DNA of 64,000 bases from contig NC_092673.1 in the NCBI RefSeq assembly GCF_964355755.1, positions 25,231,648-25,295,647 on the forward strand, read 5' to 3'. How positions within the stretch are numbered: position 1 is the first letter of the stretch; every line of letters starts with the position of its first letter. This document shows positions 55,674-64,000 of the stretch, piece by piece. The position numbers were made by a program, and so were the translations under genes. Source of the DNA: Antedon mediterranea. Lineage: Eukaryota; Animalia; Echinodermata. The notes beneath the pieces were generated by a model. The model did no database searches and was not told the DNA's origin. It worked only from the letters and a program-made list of their open reading frames with translations.

Positions 55674-58600
55674 GGTTATGGGCCCAGTAAACGGCTTTTA
55701 TTTAATGGAGACGAAACTAAGTACGAGTTGTGGGAAGTCAAGTTCCTAGGACATTTGCACATACAAAAATTAAGTAAAATTATTGTACCGGAAAGCGAAG
55801 GTGGAGTAGCCGCTCCCGATGAGGCGAAAAATAGTAATGCATTTGCCGAACTTGTGCAGTACCTGGACGATAGAAGTCTATCTTTGATAATGAGAGACGC
55901 AAAGAATGATGGAAGAAAGGCTTTAGGAATCCTGCGGGAACATTATTTGGAAAAAAGTAAGCCAAGAATTATATCACTATATACTGAGCTTACCTCAATA
56001 AAAATGGACGAACACGAACGTGTAACTGACTACGTTATTCGTGCAGAAACAGCAGCTACAAGTTTAAAAACTGCTAAAGAACAAATCAGCGACAGTTTGC
56101 TTGTGGCTATGGTCCTAAAAGGACTACCTCAGCGATTCCGGACATTTGCGACCGTGATAATGCAAAAAGAAAAGGAGATAAACTTTACCGATTTTAAAAT
56201 TGCGCTGAGAAGCTTCGAAGAGTCGGAGAAGGCTCAAAGAGAGACAAAAGATGATAGTGTAATGAAAACACAAGAAAGTGAAAGAATTGTATGTTTTAAA
56301 TGTGGGAAGCAAGGCCATAAATCCTTTGAATGCAGAAGTAAACAGGATCGAGGAAGGTGGTGTAAAGTATGCAAGAATAAAACGCATGACACCAAGTTTT
56401 GCAGGAAGAAAAGTAACGTCACTGCGGCAAAATCAGTGCAGTTGGAAAAGGATGAAACTGATGGAGTTGAATTTGCATTCAAAGCAAGTATTAATAGTAA
56501 TTTATGTAATGGTAATTTATTAGTAGATTGCGGGGCAACATCCCATATCATAAATGATCAGTCAAAATTCATAAACCTTGATAAGAGCTTCAATCCAGAT
56601 ACCCATTCCATAGAATTGGCTAATGGCACTAAAACAAATGGGGTAGTCATTGGTAAGGGAGATGCTAATGTCCTAATATATGATGTAAATGGCAATCGAC
56701 ACAAAGTCACTCTTGAAAATGCTTTATATGTTCCCTCATATAAACAAGATATTTTGTCAGTTCAGGCTGCGGCCAGTAAGGGAGCACAAATTAATTTTGA
56801 AAAATATTCAGCCCAACTTAAGGCTCCTAATGGCTCTATTTTCAATATTGTAAAGGAAAATAGATTATATTATTTAAATACTTGTAATGATGATTCAGTT
56901 AATATGACTTGTGACCTACAAGGTTGGCACAATGTTTTAGGGCATTGTAATTATGATGATATATTGAAACTACCTAATGTAGTAGATGGTATGAACATAC
57001 AGGTAAGATGTGATAAACCCAAAATTTGTGATATATGCACTATTAGTAAAATGACGCAAAGTAGAAATAGAAAGCCTGATGTCCGTGCAACCAAACTCTT
57101 AGAATTGGTCCACACCGATCTGGCTGGACCAATTGCCCCAGTCTCTAGAGAGGGATTTAAGTATGCCATATCATTCACAGATGATTATTCAGGAGCTGTG
57201 TTTGTATACTTCTTGAAAAATAAAAGTGACACTATATCTGCCACAGAAAGATTTCTGGCAGACTCTTCCCCACTGGGAAATGTAAAGTGTATTAGATCAG
57301 ACAATGGTTCTGAGTTCACTTCAAAGGAGTTCAACTCACTCCTTACAAAGAATCGTATAAGACACGATACTTCTGCACCCTACTCCCCTCACCAAAATGG
57401 GACTGCCGAACGAAACTGGCGAACATTATTTGAGATGGGTAGATGTTTGATTGCACAGTCAAATTTAGGCAAAGAATTTTGGCCATATGCAATTCTATCT
57501 GCGGCATATATACGTAATCGATGTTTTAACAATCGTGTGCAACAAACTCCATATTTTATGATGACGGGTCGAAAACCCAATCTGTCCAACATGGGAGTAT
57601 TTGGATCTGAATGTTATGCATACAAGCAAGACAAAAGTAAATTAGATGATCGTTGTATTAAGGGTATATTTGTTGGATATGATAAGTACAGCACGGCTTA
57701 TTTAGTATATTTCCCTGAGAGTGGAAAGATAATGAAATATAGAATTGTTAAATTTAACACAAATAAGAGTGTCGAGCAACAGATCCAAACAGAAGCCGAT
57801 GATGACGATTACATTCCATTAGATTCCAATAAGGGTAAAACAGATAATTCATCTGAAATTGATAGGATACAGGAGACTGCTGATCCATCCAATCTAGAAC
57901 CCCAACCTGAGGACCAAAGGGTAATTAATGAATCGGGTAACGAAAATGTAAGGTATCCAAGACGGGAGAGAAAACCTCCATCGTATCTTGAGGATTATGC
58001 TACCGATTTAGAGGACAATAATGTCCAATTATTATCCAATATTGATTATTGCTACAAAATTTCAGAGTTTCCTCAAACTTTTAGGGAAGCTATTAATTCA
58101 CCAGAGTCCAAGTATTGGCAAACTGCAATGGCAGACGAAATGAAATCCCTTAAGGAAAATAACACATTCACTTTAACTACCCTACCCACAGGTATGAATT
58201 CAGTGGGAGGACGATGGGTGTACACTACTAAAGAAACTGCCGATGGTTCAAAGAACTATAAGGCAAGATATGTTGCAAAAGGGTATAGCCAAATAAGAGG
58301 TGTAGATTATAATGAAACATTTGCTCCAACTGCCAGTATGACATCCGTACGTATTTTGATGCAAATTGCAGCACAACATGATTTGATTTTACATCAGATG
58401 GATGTGAAAACTGCTTATCTTAATGCTCCAATTGACTGTGAAATTTATATGGAGCAAGCAGAGGGTTTTGAAGTCCCTACAAATTCTAACAAAAAGTTAG
58501 TATACAAATTAAATAAATCACTGTATGGTTTGAAACAATCTGGCAGAAATTGGAACAATGTATTGCATACTTTTCTATGTGAAAATAATTTTGTACAAAA

Positions 58601-59943
58601 CCCTGTTGATCACTGTGTATACACTAAATATGTAGAAAATGAAATGATTGTACTACTCATATGGGTTGATGATTTAATTATTGCGACAAGTAATGAGTCC
58701 ATGATGACAACAGTTAAAGAAATGTTAAAAACTAAATTCCATATGAAAGATCTTGGTAAACTTTCATATTTTCTTGGTATTGATTTTAAACAATCCAAAG
58801 GTTCCGTAAAAATGAATCAAAGTCGATATATAGCAAAAATGCTAGACAAATTTGGAATGACCGATTGTAAACCAAGGTCTACTCCATGTGAACAGAAACT
58901 AGAATGTAATAGCCAGGAGGCCATTGACCCTACAAAATATCGTGAAGTTGTAGGTAGTTTAGTATACACTAAATATGTAGAAAATGAAATGATTGTACTA
59001 CTCATATGGGTTGATGATTTAATTATTGCGACAAGTAATGAGTCCATGATGACAACAGTTAAAGAAATGTTAAAAACTAAATTCCATATGAAAGATCTTG
59101 GTAAACTTTCATATTTTCTTGGTATTGATTTTAAACAATCCAAAGGTTCCGTAAAAATGAATCAAAGTCGATATATAGCAAAAATGCTAGACAAATTTGG
59201 AATGACCGATTGTAAACCAAGGTCTACTCCATGTGAACAGAAACTAGAATGTAATAGCCAGGAGGCCATTGACCCTACAAAATATCGTGAAGTTGAAGGT
59301 AGTTTAATTTATGCTATGATATGTACCCGGCCAGATATAGGCTGGATAGTTACAAAGTTGTCACAATATTTGTCAAATCCAAAAATTGAACACTGGGTGG
59401 CAGCTAAACATGTGTTAAGATATCTCAAAGGTACAATTAATCATGAGTTGTGTTACAGTAAGTGCTCTGAAAATTTAAGATTGATGGCTTATAGTGATGC
59501 TGATTGGGCATCATCCCCAGAGGACAGACGTAGTACTACTGGCTACTGTTTTAGTTTAAATAATTGTGGTCCACTTATTTCATGGAAATCAAAGAAGCAA
59601 ACCACAGTAGCACTGTCATCATGTGAATCTGAATACATGGCACTAGCTGCAACAACTCAGGAATGTTTGTATCTTACACAACTATTAGATGGAATTGTTA
59701 GCGGATATCAATATGGGCCTATTCAAATTTTTGAAGATAATCAAGGCACAATTGCCTTAACTAAAAAGTCGACAAAGGTCCAAGCACATTGACATCCGAT
59801 ATCACTTTATACGAAATGTATTAAATGATGGTAAAATAAATGTTGTTTACTGTCCAACAGCTGAAATGGTTGCTGATATTATGACTAAGCCAGCAACAAA
59901 ATTAAAGTTAAGTAAATTTAAGAATTTTATTTTTGGACAATGA
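55647..59943 (+). CDS. copia gag-pol polyprotein (gag, protease, integrase, RT, RNase H); frameshift near 59766
   Basis: CFKCGKQGHKSFEC, LVDCGAT, WHNVLGH..CDIC, IRSDNGSEF, QMDVKTAYL, SLYGLKQSG, WVDD, YSDADW; the RSKHIDIRYHFIR..ADIMTKP tail continues in another frame to TGA at 59943. Confidence 0.95.
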
Positions 59944-60124
59944 TGTGTTGTGAAACACACACTGCACAATGTAATAATGTAATACATTTTATAAAATTAA
60001 TATGGTAAATTAGAGAAACATTTTTATACTTTTATAATTTGATGAATATGCATGTTGTATTATATTTGATTTTTAATATTATTAGTATTACTGTAAAATT
60101 AAGAAAAATGAGAACAAGTGGGAG

Positions 60125-60452
60125 TGTTAAAATGTGCTCTCATTGTACAATAAATGTTACCAATAGCCTACTGGTCATTGACCTATAGATGATAAGTGAA
60201 AGTTCCTGTTCTAAGAAATAGATGATATACCGGAACTGTCTCCAGACCACAAAGCAATCCATCATTGCTTTGCTCACTCCTTAAGATGATAACATTCTTC
60301 TATGTGAATCACTCTTCCATATGTATTCCTACTGTGTAGATGTGTACTTTGTATAGTTTATTACAATAAAGTTATTATAGTTCTAGATAGAACATTTTGT
60401 ATCTGCGTCAAATACTGTTATCGATATGGCTCACAATCCTACAACCTTAACA
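60125..60452 (+). repeat. 3' LTR
   Basis: Direct repeat of 55346-55673. Confidence 0.97.
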
Positions 60453-61632
60453 CCTAGTACATCTTTCGAGACGAGTAGGGGGTTACCCCGGGGTATTAGT
60501 ACATCACAGCCACTGATCACCAACTGGGCCCTCTGGGAGATCAGTCTTTGACTGAAGAGGTCAGTTTTTCACATTTTAGGGGTGAAGATCTAAAAATTGG
60601 GCCGGGTAAACAGCAGATTTGAATTCAGCACCCAGAAATTACCCTAAAACACATGTTTATTCACTTTTAACACGAAATGCCTACAGCATTTCATTTTTAT
60701 CAAATCTGGACTAGTCTAACATAAATTCGGACGATTTTTGCTATAAAAGTTGGGGTTTCATAATTAATTAACAATTATCTACTCTCGTTTGGTAGGTATT
60801 GCAACATTCTGAGCCTCGTTTTTGTTTCCGTTTGGTTTTTTGTAGGACAACAGTCGTTCACGTGGGGGAAGGGCCGTGCGTCATCGCCTTTTTGTTGAGG
60901 AATTATAGACTGTGGGCTCAAACACGGGACCCTCCCCCCCTGGGGATTTTTCGGGACCAGTATTTTTTTTAACCCTACCCATATACGAACTAAAATCAGG
61001 TTGTCTGCACATTGCGCAGTGGTGCGTATTCCCGTGAGGCGATCGGGCGCTGCACGACCCTCCCCATGTTATTGAAGGCGCCATGAGAATTAATTTTATT
61101 AACGATGATAAGTGGCTTTACAAAAAACAAAACTTGTAGACCTGGAGACAACATTGTATTATGTTTAAGATGGCGATATCACACACGTGTGTACTGACGT
61201 CGATGTAAACAAACAGCCAACTTACTACTTCCGTCTGAGTGTATTGCATTTTGGGTAATGATGACGTTTTGTTCGACGACCACCCATAGACCGTGTTCGT
61301 ACGGCGATTGAAATACACGTTTATTTGGTTTTTACCCTTGGGGTAAAACCCATACGACGTTCGTACGAATAAACAAAGTACCGGTAAGCTGACACGAAAC
61401 CAATTAAGATCGGAATTCTTAGGTCAAAAAGCGCCCTCTGAGCGTCGACCCATATCAATTGACATGGCGTGTTGACAAATTCAACTGGATATTGCATGTC
61501 GTTTCGCGCGCGAATCGTTCAATTATTATTTTTCAATCGACAACCAGACCTATATATTTATAATACATCGAATACAATTTACTTTTTAAATAAATAATGA
61601 TCGAAAATCCTGCTAACGTATGTTGTTTGTTG

Positions 61633-61890
61633 ACCACGTGTGTTTATCGTGCGAGCCGAACTATTGTTGTGGAAATTCCATTTAATGTACACGCACTGTA
61701 CCCCTCTTGTAAAAATCACCACGTGTATTTATCGTGCGAGCCGAACTATTGTTGTGAAAATTCCATTTAATGTACACGCACTGTACCCCTCTTGTAAAAA
61801 TCACCACGTGTATTCATCGTGCGAGCCGAACTATTGTTGTAAAAATTCCATTTAACACGCACTGTACCCCTCTTATCGTGCGAGCCGAAC
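61633..61890 (+). repeat. 85-bp tandem repeat, about 3 units
   Basis: ACCACGTG..ATCGTGCGAGCCGAAC at 61633, 61718 and 61803. Confidence 0.9.
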
Positions 61891-62324
61891 GGTTGATGTG
61901 GTAATTCACAGACACCAGGCTACCACAATACAGAACTCCCTGACGTTACATGTACATTATAAGCCACCGATTCGCAAGTTCAGGTCACCGGAAAAAAACC
62001 AACGAGTTGATTATTTATATATAATTTTACAAAACAATAGATATACATTCGCATTAACGAAAAAGAACATTTTAAACAATAATTGTTAAACAATCAGAAA
62101 GCTAGATTTAACCAAAGATAGTGTTTAGTATCTTTGATTTAACCGGTTATTTCGGAGCACAAATTGAGCAGAAACGCGGTCTTGTTATTGTTATCTATTT
62201 TTAATCTATTTTAAAATAACCGGTTAAATTGCGTTATGCAGCAGAAACAGACCCTTATTTGCTTCTCCCACATATTTATCGCTTCTACTAAATTATTACC
62301 CATTGGACGACGGTGACACAGACA

Positions 62325-62683
62325 CAGGGGTGGCGCCAGGATCTTCCCGACGTGGGGGCTACATTCCCCGACGAGGGGGCTATGCGAGCGAAGCGAGCAT
62401 CACTAGGCTGGGGGCCAGGGGCCGCCAAGGTGGGGGTCCAGGGGGCGAAGCCCCCGGAAGCAACGCGTTCTAGCGTCATTTGAGGTCATTTTAATCAGAT
62501 TTAGGGTAGCCATTTTTTCCATTTTTTATAATGCATAAATAAAATACTGCGTGCAAAAAAACGATGCGCGATGACTGTTTCAATCCATATTTTTCAATTT
62601 AAAAAATAAAAGTTCAAAGAAAATTTAGAAAAATAGAGTTGGAGGTCCCGGAAATTGGACTTATTATACTTCAAAACATGAAA
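62325..62683 (+). mobile_element. hAT-like non-autonomous element end, copy 2
   Basis: Reverse complement of 843-1212. Confidence 0.7.
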
Positions 62684-62799
62684 CAAAATATAAGTCCCTA
62701 TCATGGTTGTGACTGAGCTAACAAATGTTTGAAAAATAGAGATGTTAGGTGCCGAATGCACTTCTTGTACTTCGAAATATCCGCTTTATTGTTGGGGCT

Positions 62800-63964
62800 G
62801 AGCACAGACATAGAAAGTATTTACTGTTTGTTTCGCCCTTTTCTGTCCATTTTGTTCTTGAACGAATTTGGGCGCTTTGCTTCAAATTCATAAATATCTT
62901 CCAACTCTTTAGTTTTCTTTTTAATTTCTAGTTCTATTGTTTCTTCTCCGTTTGTATCTATTAACTGAACATTTAGTTGATTGATTTCTTTTTGTAAATT
63001 TTCTTTTTTTTCTATTTTTATAATATGTTTTTGTTTTTCCGTATTTGATTGAGTACTCTTTATTTTTTACTTTAATTAGTTCCCATTTGTCTACAGGATT
63101 AAGAGAATGCGACGATTTATCAATTATTTTGTTTACACTGTCAATAAAAATTTGATCAGTTAAAAGGTCTGAATTAAATTTCCATAGACCTCGACCACGT
63201 TTCTCTTCAGTTAAGTTGAGTTTAATTGATACTCCTTGGTGATCTGTGAATATAGCAGGTCTGATATCACATGAAGATATATTTTCTGCTTCCAGTAATT
63301 TTTTTGATACAAACCAATAGTCTAATCTTTTATAGAGATTTACTGACTTTCTACGCCATGTAAATTGGATTTTATTTTTATTAAGAAATCTCCAAATATC
63401 GATTAATTTAAGTTTGTTTAAAAAGTTTTTAACCGTGAATACGGATTTATCAATTTTCATCTTACTGCCTCTTTGGTCGCAAAATTTATCTTGGATGCAG
63501 TTCATGTCTCCGGCAATTAAGATATATTCTGTGTCGCAAAAGCTTTGAATCTGTTTCTGAAGGTTTCTAAAGAAAGTGCTCCGTGATTTGCTATCATTTG
63601 GAGCATATACATTAATTATTGTGTATTGAACACTCTCTATTTCGATAGTTAACAGGATGAATCTACCACTGACGTCGATATTCTGTTTTATAAATTTGTA
63701 ATCAAAGCCTTTTCTAATAAGAATGGACACTCCTCTGCTAGCAGAAGTGCCAAAGCTATGAAAGGCGTCACCATCCCAAAGGAAATTGTGATCATTAGTA
63801 CGATCTTCAGTGAGATGAGATTCTTGTATAAGAAATATATCGACCTTATTAACATGTGCCCAATTAAATATTTTTTGCTGTTTTTCTTTTATCTTTAGAC
63901 CTCTTACGTTTAAAGAAACGCAGTGTAAGTGTAAATTATTTTCTTTAACCATTTTATATGACAA
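62800..63964 (-). pseudogene. Second Tx1/L1-clade LINE ORF2: AP endonuclease domain, frameshifted and 3'-truncated
   Basis: SLNVRGL, IQESH, SRGVSIL, NVYAPN, AGDMN, RLDYWF, TDH, GRGLWKFNS; QIRSRTKWTEKGETNSKYF in a shifted frame near 62810-62870. Confidence 0.9.
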
Positions 63965-64000
63965 TTAAATAACTTAATTCAAAAGCTTTACAGAACGGTA

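Larger units (their letters stand above)
55346..60452 (+). mobile_element. Full-length Ty1/copia LTR retrotransposon, 328-bp LTRs, TSD CCTAG
   Basis: TGTTAA..TTAACA LTRs at 55346-55673 and 60125-60452 (one mismatch seen); PBS GGTTATGGGCCCAG at 55674-55687; purine-rich tract at ~60105-60124; CCTAG at 55341-55345 and 60453-60457. Confidence 0.97.
55290..60560 (+). mobile_element. SINE fragment (55290-55345 plus 60453-60560) interrupted by the copia element
   Basis: Empty site reads GTGCACTTTAAAGAACCTAGTACATCTTTCGAGACGAGTAGGGGGTTACCCCGG, matching the SINE core at 26385-26447 (- strand). Confidence 0.7.

Noticed and set aside
51903-63964. The two minus-strand LINE ORFs as halves of one element split by copia
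   Set aside because: They overlap in domain position with different sequence (GPGYWKFDN versus GRGLWKFNS), and the first has its own 14-bp TSD.

Overview
AT-rich metazoan (invertebrate-type) genomic DNA, not prokaryotic; no CRISPR, rRNA or genuine tRNA genes were seen. It holds one spliced host gene on the + strand: a BRWD3/PHIP-family WD40 gene with 19 coding exons (17569-47875, about 878 aa by my splice model). The gene appears to lack the Tudor and bromodomain half, and a 1-bp frameshift cuts off a basic C-terminal motif. The rest is dense, nested transposon and satellite DNA: a Penelope-like RT relic split by a 2.46-kb TIR element, two giant inverted-satellite (foldback-like) structures, a Sola2 transposon carrying a SINE, P-like, Harbinger-like, Kolobok-like and pogo-like MITEs, a CR1 tail, an Academ-like relic, two Tx1/L1-clade LINEs and a young Ty1/copia element with an internal RT duplication. 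The most striking signal is a set of putative transposon excision footprints whose empty sites can be read from repeat copies inside the window. These are 16-35 bp CATGG..CCATG and CAAAG..CTTTG palindromes with 7-8 bp TSDs (P/Galileo-like), TACAGTA/TACTGTA scars (Tc1/mariner-like) and TAGGCCTA/TAGGCTA scars. The TAGGCCTA/TAGGCTA class saturates about 800 bp just upstream of the gene start. All coordinates were read by eye; no alignments or database searches were run.
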